A stretch of DNA of 64,000 nucleotides from an uncultured Eubacteriales bacterium (GCA_964556755.1 CAZKXI010000012.1:11683-75682), one strand, 5' to 3'; shown: positions 31,483 through 41,665, counted from the stretch's first letter. Notes: generated by a model not told the origin, from the sequence alone. Program-made: numbers and translations.

Positions 31483-32946
31483 ATGAAGGTCGCTTTCCTC
31501 GCCTCCGAAGCCGCGCCCTACGCCAAGACGGGCGGACTAGCCGATGTGGCCCAGTCTCTGCCCGCGGCCTTGTCCGCGGCGGGCCAGGACGTGGCCGTCT
31601 TCATGCCCTTCTACGGCAGCGTCCGGGCCGCCGGGAGGAGGCTGGTCAAGGCGGTGGACGGGCTGCCGATCGCCTGGCGGGGCGAGACGACGAGGCTCAC
31701 CGTCTGGGCCGATCCCTCGACTCCCTACCCCGTCTGCTTCGTCGAGCACCCGGGCTACTTCGAGCGGCCTGACGGCGCCGGCCTCTATGGGACCCCTGCG
31801 GGGGATTATCCCGACAACGGGCTGAGATTCGCCTTTCTGGCCCGGGCGGTCTTGGAGGCCCTCCAGGCCCTGCCTTTCGAGGCCGATGTCCTTCACGCCA
31901 ACGACTGGCAGACGGCGCTGGCGCCGGCTTACCTCCGCCATGTCCTGGCGGGCGACTCCTTCTACGACCGCATCCGCTCCGTCTACACCATTCACAACCT
32001 GGCCTACCAGGGGCTCTTCCCGCCCTCGATCCTGGCCGAGGTTGGTCTCCCTGAGCGGCTCTTCCGTATGGAGGACATGGAGTTCTGGGGCCAAGCGAGC
32101 TTCATGAAGGCCGGCATCCTCTACGCCGACGCCATCACGACCGTCAGCCCCCGCTACAGCCGCGAGATCCTGACCCCCGAGCTGGGCCAGGGCCTGGACG
32201 GGCTGCTGCGGGTCCGGGCCGGAGCCCTCTCGGGAATCCGCAACGGCATCGACAGGGGGGCTTGGGACCCCTCCTCCGACAAGTCTCTCGCCGCGCCCTT
32301 TTCCGCCGCGGATCCGTCCGGGAAGGCGGCTTGCCGCGGGGACCTCCTGCAGGCCTTCGGTCTGCCGCCGGGCCGCCGCGACGAGCCGGTGGCCGGCCTC
32401 GTGGCCCGTCTGGCGGGGCAAAAAGGCATCGACACCCTCGTCGAGGCCATGGACGGGATCATGGCTTTGGGGGTGAAGCTGGTGATCTTGGGAACAGGCG
32501 ATCCCCGGCTGGAGGCGGCTCTGCGGGCGGCCCGCGACCGCTATCCCTCGTTTCTCGGATTGAAGCTGGGATTCGACGAAGTCCTGGCCCGCAAGATCTA
32601 TGCCGGCAGCGACCTCTTTCTCCTGCCCTCCCGCTATGAGCCCTGCGGTCTGACCCAGATGCTGGCCATGGCCTACGGATCGGTCCCCGTGGCCCGCGCG
32701 ACGGGAGGGCTGGACGACACGATCCAAAGCTACGACGCTTCGGCCAAGACGGGCACGGGCTTCAAATACGACGCGCCCGAGGCGGAAGCCCTGATCGATG
32801 CCGTCCGGCGGTGCGTCCGGGCTCTGCGCTCGAAAGCCGACCGCGAGGCGCTTGTCCGGAACGTCCTGGCCGCCGACTTCTCCTGGAGCGAGCCGGCGGC
32901 CGCCTACGAAGCCCTCTACCGGAAGATCCTTGACGGGGGGGCCTAG
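31483..32946 (+). CDS. glgA: Glycogen (starch) synthase
   Basis: N-terminal KTGGLADV motif and GT5/GT-B architecture. A TAGAAT -10 element lies upstream. Confidence 0.9.
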   Translation: MKVAFLASEAAPYAKTGGLADVAQSLPAALSAAGQDVAVFMPFYGSVRAAGRRLVKAVDGLPIAWRGETTRLTVWADPSTPYPVCFVEHPGYFERPDGAGLYGTPAGDYPDNGLRFAFLARAVLEALQALPFEADVLHANDWQTALAPAYLRHVLAGDSFYDRIRSVYTIHNLAYQGLFPPSILAEVGLPERLFRMEDMEFWGQASFMKAGILYADAITTVSPRYSREILTPELGQGLDGLLRVRAGALSGIRNGIDRGAWDPSSDKSLAAPFSAADPSGKAACRGDLLQAFGLPPGRRDEPVAGLVARLAGQKGIDTLVEAMDGIMALGVKLVILGTGDPRLEAALRAARDRYPSFLGLKLGFDEVLARKIYAGSDLFLLPSRYEPCGLTQMLAMAYGSVPVARATGGLDDTIQSYDASAKTGTGFKYDAPEAEALIDAVRRCVRALRSKADREALVRNVLAADFSWSEPAAAYEALYRKILDGGA

Positions 32947-33006
32947 CCCCGCACGGAAGCCCCGCCGGACTTCGCGAGAGCGCGTCGGCCGGTCGCTCCC
33001 GGGGTC

Positions 33007-33870
33007 TCAGAAGAGCCGAATCCGGATTCCGGCCGTGGCCGTCCATCCGGTCAGATCGATCACAGCCTCCCTGGCGTTGGAGACGGCGCTTCCCTCCGGC
33101 AGCCCGGACTGGATGGCGATCTGGCGGTACGTCGATCCCCCGTCGGTCCAATCGTAGGCATAGAGCCGGCCGCGGCCGGTCTCCGAGAAGGCCCACAGCT
33201 CGCCGCTTCCCGTCTCCGTCCAATCCCCTTCGTAGCCGGAGATGCGGGCGTATCGGCCGCCGAGGCCGAGGATCAGAGTCAGGCTCGGCGAGACCGGCCA
33301 CTCCAGAGCCGCCCCGGCCTGGACGCCGAAGCCGATCCGGCTTGCGGCGAAGGAGAGATCATCGATCCCCTCATATCCCAGGACGGATAGGGCATAGCTC
33401 GATCGCCAGTCGAGCCGAGTCAAGTAGCCCCCCGCTCCGGCCTGGATGTCGATCTTGATCTTGCCGGCCGGGAGGAACAGATGCACGACGCCCGCCACGG
33501 GGATGGCTTCGAGGACGGGGGCGAGGGTCTCGCTGGCGGTGAGAGCGCCGAAGCCGTAGGAGACCAGGCTCTCCCGGCCATGCCGCTCATAGCCGGCCTC
33601 CAGGCCCAGGGCCCAGCGGGGCCCGAGATGGATCAGGACCTCGCCCTTCAGGGTCCAGCCCAGACGGGCGAAGGAGTGCCGGCCGCTCAAGCCGGTATAG
33701 GCATCGGAGTAGTAATCCATCAGGCCGGACAGGCCCCCGGCCAGATCACCGCCGCCGGCCCAACCGGCCCCTCCCCTCAGAGCGAGGGACATGCGCTGGG
33801 GAAAGGCGGCGGCCGCCAGGAAGGCGACCGCCGCCGTGACGGCTAAGAGTCTCCGCAATGGAACGAACAA
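33007..33870 (-). CDS. Outer-membrane beta-barrel protein
   Basis: Signal peptide. Gly/Tyr-rich beta-strands. C-terminal IRIRLF. Confidence 0.55.
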   Translation of the reverse strand: MFVPLRRLLAVTAAVAFLAAAAFPQRMSLALRGGAGWAGGGDLAGGLSGLMDYYSDAYTGLSGRHSFARLGWTLKGEVLIHLGPRWALGLEAGYERHGRESLVSYGFGALTASETLAPVLEAIPVAGVVHLFLPAGKIKIDIQAGAGGYLTRLDWRSSYALSVLGYEGIDDLSFAASRIGFGVQAGAALEWPVSPSLTLILGLGGRYARISGYEGDWTETGSGELWAFSETGRGRLYAYDWTDGGSTYRQIAIQSGLPEGSAVSNAREAVIDLTGWTATAGIRIRLF

Positions 33871-33896
33871 TAAGCCAAACCGGGAAATCCCGACCC

Positions 33897-34766
33897 CTAC
33901 ATCAGCCGGATCTTGATCCCGCCGGCCAAGGCGAGGAAGCCGGGCTTGATCTCGAGGGGCGTGATCTCCCCGTTTTCGAAGATGGCCTCGACGTCATACT
34001 CGTCGAAGTCATAGTAGAAGTTCCCGAAGAGGCCCTCGTACTCGTCCGCGTAGAAAGTCCAATCGAAGGTCTTCGAGCCGGAGAGGTAGTACCGGGCATC
34101 GAAGAAGATGCCGACCTGGGGAGCCAGCCAGAAGGTGAAGCCGGCCCCGAAGTTGGCGCCGAACGAGCTCCAGCTCTGGTTCATGTCGGTCGGGATCTGA
34201 AAGACGTCGACGGCATACAGCACCCAGTAGGCGGCGTAGGCGATCTCCGACTCCAGGAAGAGCTTGTTCATGAACAGGCTCGGGCCGGCCGAAAGGTAGC
34301 CCTGGAACCGCTCGGTCCCGAAGCGGCCGACGAAGTTGAGGCTGATCTGCATGCTCTGGAAGGAGTTGTCCATGCCGATGAAGGACATCGCATCATAGTA
34401 ATCGCTGTAGTAATAGGTCCCGGAATAGGTCCAGCTCCACCACATGTCCGAGTCCGTCACCGAGGTGACCGAGGTCTTGAAATAGTTGAAGGACAAGCCG
34501 ACGCCGAAGTTGGGGTGCACGTAGAAAGTCATCCCGGCTCCGAAGTCCATTCCGCCCTTGGAGCTGGCGGCGAAATCGGAATAGGAGCCAAGCTGATCCA
34601 AGTAGTAGTAGTTGCCCGTCCAGCTGTAGCCATAGCTGGACGTCAGGGCGACATCCTTGAGCCCATAGCCCCCGTAAAGGCTCAGCTCGAAGCGCGGCAG
34701 GTTCTGGGCCAGGCCGGCCGTCGCCAGAACCAAGACGAGCGCCGACAGGAACACGGCTTTCTTCAT
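33897..34766 (-). CDS. Outer-membrane beta-barrel protein (aromatic-rich)
   Basis: Signal peptide MKKAVFLSALVLVLATAGLA. Strong GGAGGAGG RBS. Ends GGIKIRLM. Confidence 0.6.
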   Translation of the reverse strand: MKKAVFLSALVLVLATAGLAQNLPRFELSLYGGYGLKDVALTSSYGYSWTGNYYYLDQLGSYSDFAASSKGGMDFGAGMTFYVHPNFGVGLSFNYFKTSVTSVTDSDMWWSWTYSGTYYYSDYYDAMSFIGMDNSFQSMQISLNFVGRFGTERFQGYLSAGPSLFMNKLFLESEIAYAAYWVLYAVDVFQIPTDMNQSWSSFGANFGAGFTFWLAPQVGIFFDARYYLSGSKTFDWTFYADEYEGLFGNFYYDFDEYDVEAIFENGEITPLEIKPGFLALAGGIKIRLM

Positions 34767-34875
34767 TCGGATCCTCCTCCTTGAAAGACATCTTCCGTGC
34801 TCCGGTCGGAAAGGATCGATCTCCCCTCGCCGTCCGTCACGGATGAGTTCATGATAGGGCCGAAAAGGCCTCGCG

Positions 34876-35904
34876 TCAAGTGGCATCTGCCGATTTCACG
34901 AGGTCCGCCCGTCTCAGCCTTTCCGCGGCCTCCTCCGGGGGGATGGGATTGATATGGACTCCGGTCCCCCATTCGAAGCCGGCCGTCCGGACGATCACCG
35001 GGAGGAGGTCGAGGTGCCAGTGGAAGAAGGCCCCCGAAGACGGCCCCTGGACGAGCACGAGGTTGTAGGCCGGATCATCGGCCGCTCGCCGGAGGGCGGC
35101 CAAGACGGCGCTCAAGCAGGAAGCCAGGTCCGACGTCTCGCGCTCGCTCATATCGGCGAAAGAGCCGGCATGCCGCAGGGGGACGATGCGCGTCTCCAGG
35201 GGAAAAGCCGAGGCGAACGGAGACAGGGCGGCGAAGGAGCCGTCGCGGCGGATCAGGCGGGTCCCGGCGGCCATCTCTTCTTCAGCCAGCCGGCAGAGCC
35301 GGCAGCCTCCCCGCTCGATCCGCCAATCCTCGAAGCGGGCCGCTTCTTCGGCCACCCGCGGCGGGATCAGGGGCAGAGCGGCGATCTGGGTGTGGGGATG
35401 GCGCAGCGAAGCGCCGGCCTCGCGGCCCCGGTTCTTGAAGACCTGGACATAGGCGTGCCGATCCCTCAAGGCGGCGACGCGCTTGCGGATCTCCGCCAGC
35501 GCCAGGACGGCGTCCGCCGGGGGCATGGAGTCGAGATCGGCGTCGTGGCGGGGAGAATCGATGACGACTTCATGGGCGCCCCCCGCGGGCCGCCGCTCCT
35601 CGAAAGGGCCGGATGCGTCCCCGCCGGGCTCGATCCCCGACTGGAGGGCCGGATACATGTTGGGCACGACCCTGACCTTCCAGCCGGGGGAGTCGGGCCG
35701 GCTGTCCGGCCCGCGGACGGCCGAGATCTCGGGCGGGGTTTGATCCTCCTGTCCGGGGCAGAAGGGGCAGACGGCGGCTTCCTCGAGCGTCCGGCTCCCC
35801 CGCTCCGCCCGGCTTAGGAAGCAGCCCGGGCGCGCCGTCCGGCCGGGCGCGATCAGGGCCCAGCGCCCGCTCAGCGGGTCGCGCCGCAGCTCCGGCCCGC
35901 CCAT
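34876..35904 (-). CDS. Galactose-1-phosphate uridylyltransferase-family (GalT/HIT-like) nucleotidyltransferase
   Basis: Zinc-binding CPFCPG and the active-site HPHTQ motif. 342 aa. Confidence 0.75.
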   Translation of the reverse strand: MGGPELRRDPLSGRWALIAPGRTARPGCFLSRAERGSRTLEEAAVCPFCPGQEDQTPPEISAVRGPDSRPDSPGWKVRVVPNMYPALQSGIEPGGDASGPFEERRPAGGAHEVVIDSPRHDADLDSMPPADAVLALAEIRKRVAALRDRHAYVQVFKNRGREAGASLRHPHTQIAALPLIPPRVAEEAARFEDWRIERGGCRLCRLAEEEMAAGTRLIRRDGSFAALSPFASAFPLETRIVPLRHAGSFADMSERETSDLASCLSAVLAALRRAADDPAYNLVLVQGPSSGAFFHWHLDLLPVIVRTAGFEWGTGVHINPIPPEEAAERLRRADLVKSADAT

Positions 35905-35905
35905 C

Positions 35906-37873
35906 TCAGCTCCCGCGCTTCTCCCGCATATGGACGCGCAGAGTCATAAAAGCCGCGGGCGCCAGCCGCAGCCGCCAATGGGGCATCAGGCAGAAGCCCT
36001 GATGGATGATGTCGAAGCCCTTCTCCGACTGGGACAGGGTCTGCAGGGGGAACCGCCACAAGCGCTGGACGGGCTCGAAAGTGACGCGCAGCCGTCCGCC
36101 GGCCAGATCGGCGCCGGCCTCGTCGACTTCGAGCTCCTCAGGGATCTGGTAGAAGCTCCACTCCTGCCCGTAGAGCAGATCGGCCTCCCGGTCGTCCAGA
36201 TTGGTGATCGTCGTCAGGACGTGGAAGCCGTCCTCGGCCGGGCGGATCTCCTTCTGGATGGAGAGGGGGATGCGCCGCTCTCCCGACCGGACCGTCCCCC
36301 GCCGGTTCAGGAACAGCCGGTCCTGAACGATGGACCAGGCATAGGGCTGAAGGAGGAAGTCCCCCCGCTCCTCGCAGGCCGATTGCCGGAAGGCGGCTTC
36401 GGATGCGTCGGGCGGGAGAAAGTGGTCGAGCCCCGACCAGCGGGGATGCCGGTCGTACCGGAGCCAATCCTCGGCTCCCGGGGGCAGCGATTTGGCCAGG
36501 TCGTGGATGCTGCGCCCCTCGCCGCCGGGCCCCTCATCGTCCCGGTGGTGATAGGTCTCGGGGCGACGGGCCAGGACGTCGCTGAGATTGCGGCCCTGAG
36601 GGAGGTAGTCGATCTCGGTCAAGGCGCCGCCCTTGGCCGGCTTGACGATGAGGCCGAAGCGGTCGTCCCGGCGCGAGACCGTGATGAGCCCGTCGCACTC
36701 CTCGTCCAGGGCCTGCCAGCCCGGCTTGGCCGGGACGAGGCTTTCGGCCCGCAGCAGGTGGTAATAGGCGGCTTCCCGGAGATGGGGCAGGTAGAGACCG
36801 CCGAAGACGCCGTGCCAATAGGGGTCGTTGCCCTGAGCCTGATACAGCTCCCGGCGGGCCGCCTCATCCCCCGAGGCCAGGACGCGGCGCGAGACGGCCA
36901 GCATGCGCTTATGCAGATGGTCCGACTCCGGATACTTCCGGAAGAAGTCGCGGAAGAAGCCGCCCCGCAGGAACCGTCGCGAAGGCCCCGCCACCTCCTT
37001 CTTCAGAAGGGCGAAGGCCCGGGCCTCCTCCGGCTCGAGGACCCACTCCATCATCTCCTCATAGGATCCCGGCGGCAGGTAAACTCGGCCGCCCGAGGGG
37101 ACGGCGGCGTCCAAGGCTTCCGAGAAGGTCCTGGTCTCGATGCCGGGGTCCTCCTCCAGGTAGGCCAAGAAGCGCTCCAGCCAGCCCTCGTCGTAGACCC
37201 AGGACTTGGTTCCCGGCCACATTCCGAACTTCTCGCCGTCATCGCCGAGGATGGCCAGTCCGCCCCGGCCGCGAATCTCCGTCAGGTAGGCGGCCGTCTC
37301 TTCGATCGGCCGGAAGGGGACCAGATAGCGGAGCCTCTTGTCGATCGGGAAGAGGCTCAGCGGCCGGCCCTCATCCTCCGTCACGTAGACGGCATGGATG
37401 TCCCCCGCCCCGGCGGCGCGGAAGTGCTCCTCGTCGAGCAGGGTGTACTCGATCCCGGCGGCGGCCAAAGTCTTGGCCAGGTGGGGCTCCCAAACCCGCT
37501 CCGTCAGCCAGATGCCGCGCGGCCGACGCCCGAAGCCGTCCTCGAGGAAATCGCTCATCATCCTCAGCTGGCCCTGGCGGTCCGCCTCGGGAATGACGGC
37601 CAGGATGGGCTCGTAGAAGCCGCCCCCCAGGAGCTCGATCTGGCCGCGGCCGGCCAGCCCGCCGATCAAGTCGAAGGCCGCCCGCTGCGAGGATCTCATC
37701 GCCTCCCACAGGGGACCCGAGAAGTGGACGGTCAGCTTGATCCGGGGGTGCTTTTCCAGGAGGCGGAAGAAGGGCAGATAGCAGTCGCGGAAGGCCCGCT
37801 CGAAGACCGAGACGAAGTTGCCGACCGGCTGGTGGTTGTGGACGGCCAGGAGGAAGGTCAGCCGGTCGCTCAT
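35906..37873 (-). CDS. Glycoside hydrolase family 57 protein (branching-enzyme/amylase-like) with C-terminal extension
   Basis: HNHQPVGNF motif and a GH57 (beta/alpha)7 core. The start is the ATG at 37871-37873, which forms an ATGA overlap with the upstream GH57 gene. Confidence 0.8.
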   Translation of the reverse strand: MSDRLTFLLAVHNHQPVGNFVSVFERAFRDCYLPFFRLLEKHPRIKLTVHFSGPLWEAMRSSQRAAFDLIGGLAGRGQIELLGGGFYEPILAVIPEADRQGQLRMMSDFLEDGFGRRPRGIWLTERVWEPHLAKTLAAAGIEYTLLDEEHFRAAGAGDIHAVYVTEDEGRPLSLFPIDKRLRYLVPFRPIEETAAYLTEIRGRGGLAILGDDGEKFGMWPGTKSWVYDEGWLERFLAYLEEDPGIETRTFSEALDAAVPSGGRVYLPPGSYEEMMEWVLEPEEARAFALLKKEVAGPSRRFLRGGFFRDFFRKYPESDHLHKRMLAVSRRVLASGDEAARRELYQAQGNDPYWHGVFGGLYLPHLREAAYYHLLRAESLVPAKPGWQALDEECDGLITVSRRDDRFGLIVKPAKGGALTEIDYLPQGRNLSDVLARRPETYHHRDDEGPGGEGRSIHDLAKSLPPGAEDWLRYDRHPRWSGLDHFLPPDASEAAFRQSACEERGDFLLQPYAWSIVQDRLFLNRRGTVRSGERRIPLSIQKEIRPAEDGFHVLTTITNLDDREADLLYGQEWSFYQIPEELEVDEAGADLAGGRLRVTFEPVQRLWRFPLQTLSQSEKGFDIIHQGFCLMPHWRLRLAPAAFMTLRVHMREKRGS

Positions 37874-39189
37874 GGCCGCTCCCGTCCCGCCTGGCGATAG
37901 GCGTCTTCGAGATAGAGGCGGAAGAGCCGGCCGAAGGCCGGGTGCGGCTCCTCGCCGAACCACCAGAACCAATCCGACCCCTCGGCCACGTAGATCGAGG
38001 GCACGGGGCCGCAGTCGCGGCGGGCGGCGGCCAAGGCCTCCCAGCCGGCGTTCTTGGCCGGCGAGCCGGACCACTGGCCGAAGTGGCCCAGCCACGTTCC
38101 CGGCTGAAGGTCGAGGGGCCGGGCCGGGCCGGCGGCGGCCGCCGGTCCGAAGAAGGAGGGGCGAAGCGACGGCTCGGCCGCCAGGCCGTCATAGAGATGG
38201 CGGAGAAACGGCACGCCGTTGTCGCGGTAGGTCCCCCAGGGATTCTCCCCGTCCAAGGCCAGGGTCAGGATCGCGTCCTCCCCCGCCGAACGGGCTCGGT
38301 CGGCCAGTCGCCGGACCAGGTCCGCGGCGGCGTCCCGCGGCTCCCAGCGGGCATAGACGAATCCGATGAGGTCGGACAGCTCGCGGTCGCGGAAGAAGAC
38401 GGTCATGTCGCCGCAGGCGTACGGCCGAGTCAGGGCGGACGGATCGGGCCCCCGGCCGAGGCTCTTCCACAGGACGCTCTCGTCCGTGACCGCGAAGCGG
38501 AAGCCGGCTTCGGAGGCCAGCTCCAGCGCTTCCCGGCTGACGGCTCCCTCCGAGGGCCACAGGCCGCGAGGGGCGCGCCCGAAGACCCGGGTGAAGAGGT
38601 CGGCGCCCCGCCGCAGATGATAGGAGGCGTCCAAAGGGTGGCGGAAATCCACTCCGGGCGGGCTCTGCTCGCCGGCCGAGCGGGCATCGCAGAGCATGGG
38701 CAGGATGGGATGGTAGTAGGCCGATGCCGTCAGCTCGATGCGGCCGTCCTCCTCCAGCTTCCGGCAGGCCGGGAGGAGACGGCGACGGATGTCCGCCTGG
38801 AGCGAGAGGAGGGCCATGCGGTCGTCCGGGAGCGGATCGACCGGCGTGAAGATCTCCTTCAGGGCTCGGGCCGGCCACTGGCCCGGGTCGGTGCCGGGAG
38901 GCATGTGCAGGCGGGCCAGCTCCCGCTCCGCCTCGCTGCGGTCCGCCGGCGCCTTCTCCAGGGCCGCCTGCCAAGGGTCCACGGCCCGCCCTCGCTCGTA
39001 GTCGAGAATCTGCTCCAGCAGCGAAGGCACGAAGTTGAAGGTGCAGGGCCAGCCCCCCTCTTGGGCCAGCCGGACCATCTGCCAGTAGCTCCGGGTCGTA
39101 TGGTAGTTGACCCACGGCAGGATGAATTCGCCGCCGCCGGGCGTCTTATAAATGGGCTGGTGGAAATGCCAAAGCAGCGCCAGTCGCAT
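37870..39189 (-). CDS. Glycoside hydrolase family 57 protein (second paralog)
   Basis: WHFHQPIY, TASAYYHPILP and DGENPW motifs. Confidence 0.8.
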   Translation of the reverse strand: MRLALLWHFHQPIYKTPGGGEFILPWVNYHTTRSYWQMVRLAQEGGWPCTFNFVPSLLEQILDYERGRAVDPWQAALEKAPADRSEAERELARLHMPPGTDPGQWPARALKEIFTPVDPLPDDRMALLSLQADIRRRLLPACRKLEEDGRIELTASAYYHPILPMLCDARSAGEQSPPGVDFRHPLDASYHLRRGADLFTRVFGRAPRGLWPSEGAVSREALELASEAGFRFAVTDESVLWKSLGRGPDPSALTRPYACGDMTVFFRDRELSDLIGFVYARWEPRDAAADLVRRLADRARSAGEDAILTLALDGENPWGTYRDNGVPFLRHLYDGLAAEPSLRPSFFGPAAAAGPARPLDLQPGTWLGHFGQWSGSPAKNAGWEALAAARRDCGPVPSIYVAEGSDWFWWFGEEPHPAFGRLFRLYLEDAYRQAGRERP

Positions 39190-39190
39190 G

Positions 39191-40597
39191 TCAGATCCCT
39201 TCTTGGGCCAGGACGTAGGCCATCACCGCCTGGAGGATGGCCCCGAGCTCGAGCTCGCGCGGGTGGACGGAGTCCAGCGTGTCGAGGGCCGAGTGGTGGA
39301 CGTCGAAGTAGCGCTGGCTGTCGGGGATCAAGCCCAGGGTCACCGTCCCCCGCTCGGCCAGCGGGCCGACGTCCGATCCGCCGCCGCCCGGGCGGACCCA
39401 GTGGACGCCGCAAGCCCGCAGCAGCGGCTCCCAGATCCGGAGCTTCTCGAAGCTGCTCGCGGTCCCCAATCCGAATCCGACGGGAAGGAAGCCGCCCCGG
39501 TCGGACTCCATGGCCGCCAGGATCGTCTCCTTGGCCCGGTCCGGCGACGCGGCGTAGGCCCGGCCCGCGGAAGCCCCGTACTCCTCGTCGGGGTAGAGGA
39601 CGATCCGCAGGGATCGGCGCGGCTTCAGATCGAGCGCCTTGAGAAGGCGGATGGCCTCCACGGCTTGAGCGCAGCCGGCCCCATCGTCGTGAGCGCCGGG
39701 ACCGAGGTCCCAGGCGTCCAGGTGGCCGGCCAGGATGATGACCTCTTGGGGCCGCTCCGCGCCGTCCCACTGGCCGATGACGATGGGAGCCTCGGCCGGA
39801 GGATCGTTGACGACGCTCCAGCGAAGGCGGACGCGTCGGCCCCGGCCGGACTTGAGCCGGAGGCTGAGGGCCTCGGCCGAGCGGGTCGAGAGGGCCGCGG
39901 CCGGGATGCGCGGCAGGGCCGGGTCGTAGGCCACCATGCCCCCGTGGGGAGCGTCGTCCAGGCGCAGGGTCAGCGACCGGACCAGGACGGCTGCCGCTCC
40001 GAGCCGGGCGGCCTCCGAGGCGCCGCGGGTCCGATAGACGCCCGCTTCGCCGTAGGCCGAGAAAGTCTCCATCTTGGTCCGGTCCATCGGATGGTTGAAG
40101 AAGATGACCGCGCCCCGGACCTTGTCCCCCAGGCCGGCCAGCTCCTCGAAGGACCCGGCTTCGAAGACGGGCGCCTCGAGGCCCGCGGCCGGAGTGGGGA
40201 CGCTCAAGCCCAAGGCCGCCGCGTCGAGGGCCAGGGGGCCCTCCGGGCCCGTTCCCAGGAGCGTCGCTTCAGCCGGCCCGCTTCGGATCCAGCGCGAGAC
40301 CACGGCCGGCTCGGTCCAAGTCCGCAGGCCGATTCCCCGCATCTCCTCCAGGCAGGCTTGGGCGGCCGCCGCGTAGCCCGGCGACCCGGGCAGCCGCTGC
40401 GGCGCCCGCGCCAGGAGCCGGGAGAGGATGGCGAAGGCCCCCTCCTCGGCCAGGCCGCGACTCCGGAGGGACTCGGCGATCGGGAGATAGGCGTCCGGCC
40501 GGGAATCCGGCCGCGGCGGAGCCGGGCGGGCCCCGCTCTCCCCCCCGGCCAGGAGGCAGACCGCGGCCAGGATCCGGATCAGCGGTGCAGGAAGCAA
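39191..40597 (-). CDS. M28-family metallopeptidase with PA domain
   Basis: HLDAW...DDGAG...EE...H zinc ligand pattern. Signal peptide. Confidence 0.7.
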   Translation of the reverse strand: MLPAPLIRILAAVCLLAGGESGARPAPPRPDSRPDAYLPIAESLRSRGLAEEGAFAILSRLLARAPQRLPGSPGYAAAAQACLEEMRGIGLRTWTEPAVVSRWIRSGPAEATLLGTGPEGPLALDAAALGLSVPTPAAGLEAPVFEAGSFEELAGLGDKVRGAVIFFNHPMDRTKMETFSAYGEAGVYRTRGASEAARLGAAAVLVRSLTLRLDDAPHGGMVAYDPALPRIPAAALSTRSAEALSLRLKSGRGRRVRLRWSVVNDPPAEAPIVIGQWDGAERPQEVIILAGHLDAWDLGPGAHDDGAGCAQAVEAIRLLKALDLKPRRSLRIVLYPDEEYGASAGRAYAASPDRAKETILAAMESDRGGFLPVGFGLGTASSFEKLRIWEPLLRACGVHWVRPGGGGSDVGPLAERGTVTLGLIPDSQRYFDVHHSALDTLDSVHPRELELGAILQAVMAYVLAQEGI

Positions 40598-41664
40598 CGC
40601 TCGCAGTCCGTTTCCCCCGGCTTGCGCGTCACGATCATGGCCAGCCCCAGCTCGTCGGCCTTGGCGATGACCTCGGCGTCCTTGACGGATCCCAGCGGGT
40701 AGATGAGGGCGGTGATGCCGCTTCTCCCGGCCAGCTCGACGACGTCCGGGAAAGGCATGTAGGCGTCCGAGGCCAGGACGCAGCCGAGCGGGCCATAGCC
40801 GCGCTGCGAGAGCCGCACGGCGCTTTCGGCCGAGTCGATCCGGCTGCGCTGGCCGGAGCCGATGCCGTGAATCTTGTCGGCGGTCCCGATGATCACCGCG
40901 TTGGAGCGGGTGAAGGCGGCCACGTTCCAGCCGAGGATGGCGGCTTGGATCTCCTGGTCGGTGGGGCGTCGACGGGAGACGACGTCGACGGCGTCGGCCG
41001 AGACGATGCGCGACTCGAAGCGCTTCTGGACGAGGAGCCCGCCCGCGACCCTCTTGAACTCGAGGCCGTTGTCGACGGCCGGCTCGGTCAGGGGAGCGCC
41101 CATGCGGACGACCCGGAGAGGCTTGCGCCCGGCCAGGATCTCCAGGACTCCGGGGGCGAAGGCCGGCGCGTAGACCACTTCGATGTTGCGGGGGCTCTCG
41201 ATGAGGAGGCGGGCCAGCGGCTCGTCGACCTCGAAATTGAAGACGTCGACGGACCCGAAGCTCGACAGCGGGTCCACGCCCCAGGCCTTCTCGAAGGCCT
41301 CCAGGGGGGTCTCCCCCAGGGCGACGCCGCTGGGCATCTCGTGCTTGATCAGGACGGCGATCTTCTTGTCCGGGAAGATGGACGTCAGCTTGGCCGCCAG
41401 GCGCTGGCCGAGGTCCATGTCCCCGACATTGATATAGCCGAGGCCCTTGGAGCCTTCCTGAAGCACGGACATGGTCGCCATGTTGGGGCCGCTGGCCTTC
41501 TCCTCGATATAGAAGGCGGCCGGGGTGCCCGGGTTTTCGCCGTAGCGCATGGGCAGCCGCTTGAGGAAGCTCTGCTCGCCGAAGGACAGGATCTCGGGGA
41601 AGTCCTCCTGGACCTTGGTGAAGTACTGCTTGCGCGAGGCCTTGTCGTCCTGCGGTTGGCTCAT
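40579..41664 (-). CDS. purH: AICAR transformylase-domain protein (PurH C-terminal domain only, no IMP cyclohydrolase/MGS domain)
   Basis: It aligns along its length with the E. coli PurH AICARFT half (RYGENPG, LIKHEMPSGVALG, GIGSGQRSR, ASDAYMPFPD...RCFLHR). Confidence 0.75.
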   Translation of the reverse strand: MSQPQDDKASRKQYFTKVQEDFPEILSFGEQSFLKRLPMRYGENPGTPAAFYIEEKASGPNMATMSVLQEGSKGLGYINVGDMDLGQRLAAKLTSIFPDKKIAVLIKHEMPSGVALGETPLEAFEKAWGVDPLSSFGSVDVFNFEVDEPLARLLIESPRNIEVVYAPAFAPGVLEILAGRKPLRVVRMGAPLTEPAVDNGLEFKRVAGGLLVQKRFESRIVSADAVDVVSRRRPTDQEIQAAILGWNVAAFTRSNAVIIGTADKIHGIGSGQRSRIDSAESAVRLSQRGYGPLGCVLASDAYMPFPDVVELAGRSGITALIYPLGSVKDAEVIAKADELGLAMIVTRKPGETDCERCFLHR

Positions 41665-41665
41665 G

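Noticed and set aside
29811-31772. 653-aa plus-strand ORF overlapping rlmI/NUDIX/glgA start region
   Set aside because: It is antisense to RlmI and NUDIX, which carry clear motifs, and its composition is biased. It is a GC-frame artefact.
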